Below are positions 29,291 to 38,126 of a stretch of DNA of 57,842 nt, in pieces. This DNA comes from a virus. Its lineage: Duplodnaviria; Caudoviricetes. The stretch covers positions 1 to 57,842 of the IMG/VR virus record IMGVR_UViG_3300031857_000214. The stretch is one strand, 5' to 3'. Position 1 is the stretch's first letter; each line of letters starts with the position of its first letter. The notes under the pieces are model-generated. The model was given only the letters and a program-made list of their open reading frames with translations, did no database searches and was not told the DNA's origin. Position numbers and translations under genes: made by a program.

Positions 29291-29911
29291 TTATTTATTA
29301 TTATACTTTGCAATGATGTAATTGGCCATGTCATCTGGTACTTTTCTGTATGATTTTTTGAATGTCTTAGGAGCCATCTCAATCAAATTTATGTCTGTAT
29401 GAACACCTGTAGGGAATTTCTTTATTTCAGGTAGCATATGGTAGCTGTATAGATATACATTAGCTTTCTTTATGTATTGAGTTATATTTACAGGCAAACC
29501 CCACTTGCGTATCTTCTCAACAGCTCTCATTTCACAATCTTTCTCTAACTCAACCATATCATCCAACACATTTCTAAGCTGAGTCTTGTTCATTATATTA
29601 TCTCCTGCCATCCACTCCCACGTTTTACCGCAAGCAGTTGTCCATTTCTTCCACCTAGGGTCTGTTTTCCATTGTTCTAAATGACAAAACTCGTGTATGA
29701 GTATCTCAAACCATTCTTTAAAGGGTTTGCCACACGCAACAACGAGTGCTTTGTCTGTATCACAGAAATATCCACTACAATCTTGTAAATAATCATCTGT
29801 TAAGACAACAGTTCTAGATGGAGATAGCATCAATTCTATCCCATACGTTTTACATTGTCTTTTTACTGAAGCAATAAATGGCTTGTATTCTTGTGGGATA
29901 TCGTACTTCAT
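29291..29911 (-). CDS. Putative zinc metallopeptidase (HExxH)
   Basis: ILIHEFCHLEQW plus downstream ELEKDCE. Confidence 0.65.
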   Translation of the reverse strand: MKYDIPQEYKPFIASVKRQCKTYGIELMLSPSRTVVLTDDYLQDCSGYFCDTDKALVVACGKPFKEWFEILIHEFCHLEQWKTDPRWKKWTTACGKTWEWMAGDNIMNKTQLRNVLDDMVELEKDCEMRAVEKIRKWGLPVNITQYIKKANVYLYSYHMLPEIKKFPTGVHTDINLIEMAPKTFKKSYRKVPDDMANYIIAKYNNK

Positions 29912-29924
29912 ACCCCAAATTTAG

Positions 29925-30383
29925 CTACAAAAGCCTTAATCTGTTACCATTGAAGAATATGTTAGGATTAACCCAAAATTCTATGTTAGACCCTAGCTTT
30001 TGGGCTATAATACCTGCCTCTATAAGCTCACTTATGGCTGTCCTAATGGTATTAGGGGAGGCTATACCTGTCTCCACCTGTATATCAGGGGTATTAAGTA
30101 CTACCGTCTGACTGAGGGGCCTTATAATGCAAATTCCGTAAACCAGTACCCTCAACCCAGTACCTGACAATTTCAAAAGTATTGAACGATTATCTACGAA
30201 TAACTTCGTATATGGCATAGTATCACTTAATTGCTCCCTATTTTTAGGCACTTTCTTAACTGAATACATTTCACTCGTTTCAGGGTCTACCCATAGCCTC
30301 TCATCTACCTTCTGAACATACTGCCTTGACTCTATTCCCTGCACCCTAAATGGGCTGTTTAAATACGATTCGTATTTTTTCAT
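29925..30383 (-). CDS. RepL-like winged-helix DNA-binding protein
   Basis: YTKLF...TIRTAISELIEAGII...FWVNPNIFFNG. Confidence 0.7.
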   Translation of the reverse strand: MKKYESYLNSPFRVQGIESRQYVQKVDERLWVDPETSEMYSVKKVPKNREQLSDTMPYTKLFVDNRSILLKLSGTGLRVLVYGICIIRPLSQTVVLNTPDIQVETGIASPNTIRTAISELIEAGIIAQKLGSNIEFWVNPNIFFNGNRLRLL

Positions 30384-30686
30384 ATATTTGCTTTTACTTA
30401 TTTAAAATGTGAAACAAATATACGCTGTTTTAAGCCTCAAAACTTAATATGGCGTATTTTTTTTGCAAAATATTGAAAAATTGTAATTGATTATCAGCCT
30501 GTTATAAGGTTTCCTTCTTATATATATTAACTACTCCTTACAGAGTCCAGTTTATTATATAAAAATATGGACATCGTAAATCGTACTACTCGTAAAATTA
30601 CGAGATATATCACCGTGTAAGGTTCTCTATAATAAAATTCCATTTTTTTGTTTCTAGGAAACTTAAATTCTTCAACCGAGTCGGTC

Positions 30687-30728
30687 AATGTTGAAACACT
30701 AATGTTTAAACGTTAATGTTCAAACGTC
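30687..30728. repeat. Three tandem 14-bp imperfect repeats (AATGTTnAAACnnY)
   Basis: aatgttgaaacact / aatgtttaaacgtt / aatgttcaaacgtc. Confidence 0.8.
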
Positions 30729-30741
30729 AATTCATTTTATC

Positions 30742-30861
30742 TACGAATTCCCTCGTAGTATTCCAATATACGATAAAGTTCGTAGTCCTTACATACGATA
30801 CTATTCGTACATTCATGGCCATACTAATAATATTAGTAAACATTTACTAACTTATTTAGTA
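30742..30861. promoter_or_regulatory. Array of five spaced palindromes: 3x TACGA-N6-TCGTA, 2x TACTAA-N5-TTAGTA
   Basis: Starts at 30742, 30769, 30794, 30822, 30845 in the divergent intergenic region. Confidence 0.7.
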
Positions 30862-31105
30862 TCCATTTAAAGGGCATTTTTAGGCGTTTCTAGCTACCCT
30901 ATAAACGTTTGAGGGCTACCCCTTACCACCCCTGAGAAAGTCCCGCAATTCAAAAATTGCCTTTTTATTTTTAATATGTAATATATTAATTATCAATACT
31001 TTGTATATTATTTTTATTTATAATATTAGAAATTTATTTAATACATTAATATTCTTTTAACATATTTTTAACGCTAAACTAACGGGTGTTAGTATCTTTA
31101 TGGTA

Positions 31106-31113
31106 TAATTTTG
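31106..31113 (+). promoter_or_regulatory. Bacteroidota -7 box (TAATTTTG) for first early gene
   Basis: Matches TAnnTTTG about 70 nt upstream of ATG 31181. Confidence 0.5.
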
Positions 31114-31180
31114 TACTCGTTGAAGCATTAAGCCGTAAACAAAAAGCTCTTTATTTATTTATCATTTAAAATTTAATTGT

Positions 31181-31633
31181 ATGCAAAAAGCAACAAAAAA
31201 AGCCGTTAATAATACGGCTAAAAAAATGTCTCAAAATTTATCTAACATTTTTGCAAATACCCCTAAAGGTATGGCAATCAATGTACCTGAAAATGTATCA
31301 GGTGAAAAGATAAAAAAGGCCAAAAAATTAAGTGAAATAACGGCCGAAAAATTGGCCATTAATACGGCCGAAAAAGAAAAGCGTCGTTCACTTACTTACA
31401 ATTTAAATGCCTTAAAAGGTAGTGCCGAAAAGTACGCTAATTTATTAGGCACAAAGTACCAAACGGCCGTTAGTATTGATGAACTAATGGCCACCTTGAA
31501 AACGCCTAAAGTATTTTTAGCATACTTAAGCGAAAAGCAAAAAGCACAATTTGAAGCTAAAAAATTAGGCTTTTCTTATTGGCTAATATTAGGCTTAGTG
31601 GCTAAGCACTTTAAAGCTAATAAGGGCAAATAA
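31181..31633 (+). CDS. First early gene, basic hypothetical protein
   Basis: 150 aa ORF, A-rich start context. Confidence 0.7.
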   Translation: MQKATKKAVNNTAKKMSQNLSNIFANTPKGMAINVPENVSGEKIKKAKKLSEITAEKLAINTAEKEKRRSLTYNLNALKGSAEKYANLLGTKYQTAVSIDELMATLKTPKVFLAYLSEKQKAQFEAKKLGFSYWLILGLVAKHFKANKGK

Positions 31634-32260
31634 AAGGCCAACAAAGGGGTATAAAGCGTTGAAAATAGACGCTTGAAAATATCGAATATTTTACCCCTTG
31701 CAAAATAGCCGTTAGTGGCTATTCCCTCAATATCCTTTAGCATTGGGATATTGGTAACATATTGTATAAAAAATTAATATATCGTTAGTGATTGTTAATT
31801 GGTTGCCGTATGTTATTGGCTAAGTTCATTGAAGCCTATTTTTTAAACTTTATTTTGCAATATTGCAAAGTAAGTGGCAAATTAATATCCTCGCTTTATA
31901 GGGTAAAAATATACCGTTATTGTATATAAATAATACCCCTATATTAAGCATAAATAAAACAATTAAAACACTTTTTTGGCCGTCTTTTTCTTTGTTAGTG
32001 GTAAGTGTATAAACTAAATAAAGGCGTAAAAATACCGACAAACCAATGCGGGTAAGGTATGCATAAGCGGGTACAGGTACGCTGTAAGCAGTAATGCGAT
32101 AATATACCTATATAATCAAATAAGACAATCAAAGTAATTAACTTATAAAGGGGACGGCCGTGCCATCATTAAATTGGTGGGCGGCTGTCTTATCTAATGC
32201 ACCATACCAGGTTCCTAAGGCTTGGCTCATACTCCTTGAGAGTGCAGAAGGGATAAACTT
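31634..32260 (+). ncRNA. Candidate large structured non-coding RNA
   Basis: No convincing ORF; consecutive hairpins and multi-way junctions with G-U pairs favouring the plus strand. Confidence 0.5.
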
Positions 32261-32274
32261 TAAATTCATGTAAT

Positions 32275-32382
32275 ATGAACTGGTTAATTTATGTTGACGG
32301 AATTCTATTCTGCGTATTTCTATTTTTTTATGTATGGGCTTGGATTGATATAATCAAGTTCCGTAGAAGTAAAAAGAAGTAA
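32275..32382 (+). CDS. 35 aa membrane peptide (MNWLIYVDGILFCVFLFFYVWAWIDIIKFRRSKKK)
   Basis: Read manually; one TM plus basic tail. Confidence 0.5.
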   Translation: MNWLIYVDGILFCVFLFFYVWAWIDIIKFRRSKKK

Positions 32383-32476
32383 GTATGCTATTTAAAATTA
32401 TTTTATTAATTGTACTAATCCTATGGGGTTACTATATCCTATACGGAATTTATTTATTCATCAAAAACTTATTCAA

Positions 32477-32692
32477 ATGAGAAAAGTTTCACCGATAGCT
32501 GTTTTCATAGCTATCTTATCAACTGCGTTGGCAACTGTCATCGCGTTTTATGTCCCTTGCGAAGATGAAAATGTAGGGGTAATGCTGGATATTTTATGCG
32601 CCTTTTTATGGCTGTTCGGCTTACTAACTGCCTACGCTGAACAAACTATGTATGCTGAACAAAAAAGAACAAAGCGATGGGAAGAGTTTTAA
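32477..32692 (+). CDS. Two-TM small membrane protein (start MRKVSP)
   Basis: Two hydrophobic segments; better A-rich start than track start. Confidence 0.6.
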   Translation: MRKVSPIAVFIAILSTALATVIAFYVPCEDENVGVMLDILCAFLWLFGLLTAYAEQTMYAEQKRTKRWEEF

Positions 32693-32814
32693 AGTGGTAT
32701 CATAACGGCTATTGGATATATCTAATAGGCGATAAGTACTGCCCTAGTATTGACGGCTCACAATGGGCAACAATAGATGGGGCAAAAGCACATATTGATT
32801 TCCTAACTAAATAA
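32677..32814 (+). CDS. 45 aa hypothetical protein (MGRVLKWY...AKAHIDFLTK)
   Basis: Read manually; fills gap between neighbours. Confidence 0.55.
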   Translation: MGRVLKWYHNGYWIYLIGDKYCPSIDGSQWATIDGAKAHIDFLTK

Positions 32815-32821
32815 AATAGAT

Positions 32822-33061
32822 ATGGAGCAAATTAATTGCAATCGCTGTGGTGGCAATATGCCACTACTCAGGCTGTCTAAGTACGGCTATTCTTATTGTG
32901 TAAGTTGTAGCACTACGCCAAAGGTAGGCTGTGCGCCTATAACCAATCATAAGACCGGCAATACTATACAAGTACTGCCTATGGAATTGGCTGTAAGGCT
33001 TACAAAGGCATCACAAAGGCAAGGCTATGGCGTATGCAAGGGTATGAAATCATCATTTTAA
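32822..33061 (+). CDS. Zinc-finger protein (DksA/TraR-like C4 pattern)
   Basis: CNRCGGNMPLLRL...YCVSCS. Confidence 0.6.
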   Translation: MEQINCNRCGGNMPLLRLSKYGYSYCVSCSTTPKVGCAPITNHKTGNTIQVLPMELAVRLTKASQRQGYGVCKGMKSSF

Positions 33062-33070
33062 AACCTAAAC

Positions 33071-33229
33071 ATGTTTAAAAAAACTAAACAGGAATTCTGC
33101 AAACGATATCCTCAATACAAGCGTCTGCGCAGAACAGACCCTATACAATTCAAAGTACTATTCTTTAAGTGGTACAGAGATGTTATAGCAGCTAATTATT
33201 ATTCATCTAAAAGAATGTTAAAATCATGA
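33071..33229 (+). CDS. 52 aa hypothetical protein
   Basis: Read manually; ATGA overlap with next gene. Confidence 0.55.
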   Translation: MFKKTKQEFCKRYPQYKRLRRTDPIQFKVLFFKWYRDVIAANYYSSKRMLKS

Positions 33230-33492
33230 AAAAAACTATCGGACAATGGATTAATGAAGCAATCTCATTAACTCCAGAAGAAAAAGAAAAGGCTAAGGCC
33301 TACGCAACAAAATGGGTACTACCTAATGGCTCACAAGTAAGCCCTCTAGATATAGAGAGTTCTAGCTTTCAAAGTGCGATAGGTGGTGCATTCGTATTCT
33401 CTGAAACTGATGAGGGCCACGATTATTGGTGGAACATTGCGCTACTCGAGGAGAAAGCTATGGATAAATTGTATGATTACTCTGCTGAGTAA
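33226..33492 (+). CDS. Hypothetical protein
   Basis: AFVFSETDEGHDYW motif; ORF track. Confidence 0.65.
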   Translation: MKKTIGQWINEAISLTPEEKEKAKAYATKWVLPNGSQVSPLDIESSSFQSAIGGAFVFSETDEGHDYWWNIALLEEKAMDKLYDYSAE

Positions 33493-33529
33493 AAAGTCGT
33501 CACTTATTTTTTAACCAATACATATAACA

Positions 33530-33661
33530 ATGGAAGAACTGCTCCATGCAGTCGGATTATGCCCCGACTCTAACACGCATTTAAACTTTCTGTTACTCTC
33601 GGCAAATGAGATGAGACACTTTTTCTTAACCTTTAAACTTATCGTATGGAAGAGAATTTAA
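33530..33661 (+). CDS. 43 aa peptide with HxxGxCxDxxxH motif
   Basis: Read manually: MEELLHAVGLCPDSNTHLNF...; overlaps amidoligase start. Confidence 0.5.
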   Translation: MEELLHAVGLCPDSNTHLNFLLLSANEMRHFFLTFKLIVWKRI

Positions 33662-34953
33662 TCCAAGATGAGTCGCAAGAAAACTATGTAGAACCAATTA
33701 ATTGCGCTCATTGTGGCAACATCACAGATGAATGTGATACCACAGACACGGAAGATGGGTTGGTATGTGAAACTTGTAATCAAGATTATCACGAATGTTG
33801 CGAATGTGACACTCGGATACACGTCGACGACATTACAATAACAAACGGCGACCCCTATTGCTCATCATGTTATAGCGACCTGCCTTACTGTGACAGGTGC
33901 GAAGAGCGAGAACCTGACATGAATACAACTCTCGTACACAGTCGCGAAGAAGAGGGCTGGTGCGATTGCTGTAGGGACAACCACGCATGGTATTGCGAAG
34001 GTTGTAATGAGTATCACAGTGATAGAATACATAGCAGTACTTATGTAAGAGGAGAGGGTACGCTATGCGACTCTTGCTGTGATGATATAGGCACATTCGA
34101 ATGCTGTGAATGTGGTGACACTTGGAGCAACAACAATTGCGATAATCCTGATGACGATTGTGATTGCTATGTGTGTTTACATTGTGCAAACAGCGGACGA
34201 AGGTTTATAAAAAACTACAGCTATAAGCCTATGCCAATTTATCAATTAGCTACCAGTCAGCAAATGAAATCAGATACGCTGTACTTTGGCTTAGAGTTAG
34301 AGGTAGAGCGTGATAATAGTAGTATTGATGTAGGCAAGATGGCCGAACTTATACACAATGAAAAAGTGTACTACCTTAAAAACGATGGCAGTCTTAACAA
34401 TGGCTTCGAAATTGTCACACATCCAATGACATTCGAGTTTATTCAAGAGAATAAGGCTACCGTATTCAAGCCTATTCTTGACAAGCTAATTCAATCAGGG
34501 TATAGGTCGTACGACTCTAAGACTTGTGGCATACACATACATCTTAGTAAGAAATGCTTCAGCACTTGGCAGTTGTATAGATTTATTAAATTCTTTATTG
34601 ATAACAGAGATTTTGTTACGTCCATATCGCAACGTAACATCGAGCAATTAGAGAGATGGGCAACCATTGAGGAGGAGGCAGATAGCTCTATCATATACAA
34701 AGCCAAGAAAAAGTCTGGCAATAATAGACGTTATTCAGCTGTCAACCTGCAGAATGATAAGACTATTGAGATACGCATCTTCAGGGGTACGCTCAACTAC
34801 TTATCGTTCCTCAAGAACATCGAGTTCTGTTATGCATTATTCAATTTTTCACGAGATATAAAAGAGACTACCGTAGCTGCTTTCAAAGAATATATCGAGC
34901 AGTCTAACGAGTATGCTATGTTAAAAAAATTCATTAAAACTAAAAACTTATAA
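33646..34953 (+). CDS. Putative amidoligase (COOH-NH2 ligase fold) with N-terminal CxxC repeats
   Basis: FGLELEVE, KNDGSL, GFEIVTHP, CGIHIH, RYSAVN, TIEIRIFRGTL. Confidence 0.88.
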   Translation: MEENLIQDESQENYVEPINCAHCGNITDECDTTDTEDGLVCETCNQDYHECCECDTRIHVDDITITNGDPYCSSCYSDLPYCDRCEEREPDMNTTLVHSREEEGWCDCCRDNHAWYCEGCNEYHSDRIHSSTYVRGEGTLCDSCCDDIGTFECCECGDTWSNNNCDNPDDDCDCYVCLHCANSGRRFIKNYSYKPMPIYQLATSQQMKSDTLYFGLELEVERDNSSIDVGKMAELIHNEKVYYLKNDGSLNNGFEIVTHPMTFEFIQENKATVFKPILDKLIQSGYRSYDSKTCGIHIHLSKKCFSTWQLYRFIKFFIDNRDFVTSISQRNIEQLERWATIEEEADSSIIYKAKKKSGNNRRYSAVNLQNDKTIEIRIFRGTLNYLSFLKNIEFCYALFNFSRDIKETTVAAFKEYIEQSNEYAMLKKFIKTKNL

Positions 34954-34956
34954 TTT

Positions 34957-35835
34957 ATGTGTGTTATCGCAATTCAACCAAGAGGTATCAAAATCAGTAG
35001 AGAACATTTAGAAAATTGTTGGGACAACAACAATCACGGTGCAGGTATTATGTATTCAGTGGACGGTAAGATTATTGTCAAGAAAGAAATGAAATCCTTT
35101 GACAAGTTTTATAGTCACATAGTAGAAGCTAGTACACACGATACTAGCGTAGTAATTCACTTCCGTATCGCTACAAGTGGTGGTATCAATGACTATAACT
35201 GTCATCCGTTCAAGGTTCACAAAAACCTATATTTCTGTCACAACGGTATATTAGACATTGATGTTCCCAAAGGTAGCAAGGAGAATGACACGCAGTTATT
35301 TAACAATGCGTTGATGAAGCCTTTGCCATACAACTTCTATAAAAACAATGCCATTATGAATGTGCTAGAGTTTACTATCGGTAGTGGCAACAAGTTTGTA
35401 TTCCTTGATGACAAAGGTGACTTCTATATCCTCAATGAAAAAGCAGGAGAGTGGAGTGAAGATGGTGCATGGTTTTCTAATACATCTTACAAGCGTGAGT
35501 CGTACAAGAAATACAACAATTACACAACATACAACAATTATGGTGGCTGGGCAGATGATTGGTACGGTGGGTACAATAAGCCTGTCAGTAATAGCAAGAC
35601 AAAATACAAATATAACAAAGACGAGTTCGAGGTTGAAGAGATTGTTGATGAAGTTGTGGGACAAGGCGAAGGATATGATTATTCTATCTGCGACTGCTGT
35701 AATGAGTGGTGTAATGTAAATGAGGTTGCATACGTGCGTGATTGGAATAGCTGGATATGTGAGGGATGTGCATACGACTTAGAAGTAGATGAAAATGAAT
35801 ATAAAAAACAATTATCTACAAGTCAACACGATTAA
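34957..35835 (+). CDS. Class II glutamine amidotransferase
   Basis: N-terminal MC nucleophile, NNHGAG, IHFRIATSG, NCHPF, HNG, NDT; C-terminal CxxC pair. Confidence 0.88.
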   Translation: MCVIAIQPRGIKISREHLENCWDNNNHGAGIMYSVDGKIIVKKEMKSFDKFYSHIVEASTHDTSVVIHFRIATSGGINDYNCHPFKVHKNLYFCHNGILDIDVPKGSKENDTQLFNNALMKPLPYNFYKNNAIMNVLEFTIGSGNKFVFLDDKGDFYILNEKAGEWSEDGAWFSNTSYKRESYKKYNNYTTYNNYGGWADDWYGGYNKPVSNSKTKYKYNKDEFEVEEIVDEVVGQGEGYDYSICDCCNEWCNVNEVAYVRDWNSWICEGCAYDLEVDENEYKKQLSTSQHD

Positions 35836-35857
35836 TTCACAATTTAAATAATCAATT

Positions 35858-36076
35858 ATGAGGTACACAACAGAGTACAACCCACAAATCAGTGATAAGT
35901 GCAAAAAGATTATCAAGGACAACATAGGCTCTACGCTTGAAAGTTCAGATAGCTATGTTTATAATCTAGATTATGTCCATGAATGGCTCAGGGAAAAAGC
36001 ATTTCATTTGACTGCATCAGACTTAAATGTAATCAAGGGACTTATAACTGAAAAGGTGGACTACATAGAATTTTAA
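35858..36076 (+). CDS. Hypothetical protein, tandem paralogue A
   Basis: MRYTTEYNPQIS...YIEF. Confidence 0.75.
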   Translation: MRYTTEYNPQISDKCKKIIKDNIGSTLESSDSYVYNLDYVHEWLREKAFHLTASDLNVIKGLITEKVDYIEF

Positions 36077-36099
36077 TTAATCAATAAAACAAATGAATT

Positions 36100-36339
36100 A
36101 TGAGGTACACAACAGAGTACAACCCACAAATTAGCACAGAGTGTAAAAAATTTATAAGAGATAATATAAATCCAGCTTATACTGCAGAAGATACTGAAAT
36201 TTATTATCTTGATTTTGTTTACGAAGCATTGTCTGAAATACTTAAAGAGCCTGAAGAGGAATTGCTTGGCATAAAGGCTCAAGATTTTTCAGTACTAAAG
36301 AGCTTAATAGACGAAAATGTATCTCACATCGAATTTTAA
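36100..36339 (+). CDS. Hypothetical protein, tandem paralogue B
   Basis: MRYTTEYNPQIS...HIEF. Confidence 0.75.
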   Translation: MRYTTEYNPQISTECKKFIRDNINPAYTAEDTEIYYLDFVYEALSEILKEPEEELLGIKAQDFSVLKSLIDENVSHIEF

Positions 36340-36361
36340 TTAACCAATAAACTATAATGAA

Positions 36362-37075
36362 ATGGAAAAGAAATACCCATTCAAGGAAGGAGATGATTAT
36401 TGGACAATAGAGAACGGAGAGATAATTTGGTCTTGTTGGGACTATGTTAGCGAACAGTTACACGATTCAAATAAACAAAAATTATACTTTGCCACATATG
36501 AATTGGCAAAAGATTATTCAAACAAAAACTATCATCAAATGCAAAATTTAAGCGTAAAACAACAACGTATTATTTCTGAGATTACAAGCGAGTTTCAGCG
36601 TATTAACCAAGAAAAAGAGAGTCAAATTAAAGGCTCTCTCATTGATATCAATGGGCTATTAAAGCAACAAACAGACGACCTGCGTCTTAGAAAGGAAATT
36701 GAAGCCGAAAACAAATTAAAAATGCAAAAAATGTATGATATTGTAGAGGCTGATATGGATAGGCTTAACAAAGACTTAGTTCATTTAGGTTTAATATGCT
36801 TTTATACATACGAAAACACTCTAAATAACATTGCAATAGACACTAAAAAGCATCGTTCTAGTAGTATGTACGCTAGCAATAATTCAGTTAGAATTGAATA
36901 TCATCTTCCACATGAAACCATGCGATTTGAAAGCCGAATAGCTGCAGTATGTGTATATCAAGATAAGCCTGTTTTAAAATTTACTTATAACGGCCCTGAA
37001 TATAAAAATATTGAGGAAGCTGCAAAGTCGGATACATTTATAAATGGTATAAAATCATTATTAAATAATAGATAA
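36362..37075 (+). CDS. Hypothetical protein (possible two-part fusion)
   Basis: N-terminal YPFKEGDDYWTI...WD module followed by helical region from MQNLS. Confidence 0.65.
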   Translation: MEKKYPFKEGDDYWTIENGEIIWSCWDYVSEQLHDSNKQKLYFATYELAKDYSNKNYHQMQNLSVKQQRIISEITSEFQRINQEKESQIKGSLIDINGLLKQQTDDLRLRKEIEAENKLKMQKMYDIVEADMDRLNKDLVHLGLICFYTYENTLNNIAIDTKKHRSSSMYASNNSVRIEYHLPHETMRFESRIAAVCVYQDKPVLKFTYNGPEYKNIEEAAKSDTFINGIKSLLNNR

Positions 37076-37085
37076 ATAAAAAATT

Positions 37086-37343
37086 ATGAAAACAAACACT
37101 AAAGATTTAGAAACCTTTTGGAACAAAAGGGCAAGAGAAGTCTTATTAGGTAAGACAATAGTAAGCGTCAACTATATGACTGAAAAAGACGCTGAAAATA
37201 TGGATTGGTATAACAGACCTGTCATGTTTAAGCTAAGTGATGGTACAGTATGTTATCTATCTTGCGACGACGAGGGTAATGATGGAGGTGCGCTGTTCTT
37301 TACCACTAAAGAAGGCAAACACGATGAGCTTCCTGTGATATAA
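37086..37343 (+). CDS. Conserved hypothetical protein
   Basis: LLGKTIVSVNYM...DDEGNDGGALF. Confidence 0.7.
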   Translation: MKTNTKDLETFWNKRAREVLLGKTIVSVNYMTEKDAENMDWYNRPVMFKLSDGTVCYLSCDDEGNDGGALFFTTKEGKHDELPVI

Positions 37344-37349
37344 AATAAA

Positions 37350-37381
37350 TTTGCTAAATTGCAATATATTTTTTAATTTTA
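37350..37381 (+). promoter_or_regulatory. Bacteroidota sigma-ABfr-type promoter
   Basis: TTTG-N20-TAATTTTA. Confidence 0.55.
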
Positions 37382-37396
37382 CACAAATTATTACCA

Positions 37397-37639
37397 ATGA
37401 CACAAGACCAATGGAACTCAATTTTAGTAGAGCGTGCCTCAGAGATGGCGCACCATCGTACCATCATTGACTGCATATTAAATGCTCCGTTTGACCAAGA
37501 GTTTAACGCAGATAATTTGTGGAAGACTGATGAACACGACTGTTCTACATATGTAGATGAAGTTCAAGATGTATTCAACTTTTATTATGATGAATACTTT
37601 GAGCAATTAATTAACACTTACGATATGCCAATATCGTAG
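37397..37639 (+). CDS. Acidic hypothetical protein
   Basis: ORF track; ACCAATG start. Confidence 0.65.
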   Translation: MTQDQWNSILVERASEMAHHRTIIDCILNAPFDQEFNADNLWKTDEHDCSTYVDEVQDVFNFYYDEYFEQLINTYDMPIS

Positions 37640-37653
37640 CAAAACAATATCAA

Positions 37654-37899
37654 ATGATATATAAAATTTTAGGGCAATTAACCTTGCCAGGCGAAGCCGT
37701 GTCTGACTCTTATGACTACACGTTTGAAGATATAAATACAGCTAAAGATTATTACAGAGAATGTATTACATCCGTTGCTGAAACTATATCTGATTTCGGT
37801 GGGACATTTGCAATTACTATGATGTCTGACGAGAATGGACATACTACAATGCTCAAAAGAAATGTAATTTCTACAACCATAAACGAGCTGTATGAGTAG
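37654..37899 (+). CDS. Hypothetical protein
   Basis: ORF track; operon context. Confidence 0.6.
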   Translation: MIYKILGQLTLPGEAVSDSYDYTFEDINTAKDYYRECITSVAETISDFGGTFAITMMSDENGHTTMLKRNVISTTINELYE

Positions 37900-38119
37900 T
37901 ACAAAAATGCACAAGATACAAATGGCTGCCTCTCTATTTGAATTGGTGGACTTATTAGAAAATAAGACTATGGTAGGCATACTAAATCGTACTGATATAC
38001 CTGAGGCTTACAAGTATATCGAAAGACAAATAGTCTATAATTACAATATAGACATATATCAGCTAGATGAAACCTACATATGCAATGTTAGACATCTAGG
38101 ATTATTTCAAGTTTTATAA
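37892..38119 (+). CDS. Hypothetical protein
   Basis: ORF track; overlapping start. Confidence 0.55.
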   Translation: MSSTKMHKIQMAASLFELVDLLENKTMVGILNRTDIPEAYKYIERQIVYNYNIDIYQLDETYICNVRHLGLFQVL

Positions 38120-38126
38120 TATATAT

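Noticed and set aside
30687-30861. CRISPR mini-array
   Set aside because: Units 14-17 bp with 0-12 bp spacers, imperfect, no cas genes
31850-32041. 63 aa minus-strand ORF
   Set aside because: Non-ATG start, against local gene direction, inside the structured region
32195-32250. tRNA or hammerhead ribozyme
   Set aside because: Three-way junction lacks T-loop/D-loop and CUGAnGA/GAAA cores; no tRNA recognised anywhere in the window
33646-34200. Multiheme cytochrome or ferredoxin
   Set aside because: CxxC repeats lack CxxCH and CxxCxxC spacing; cytoplasmic Zn-ribbon repeats are more likely
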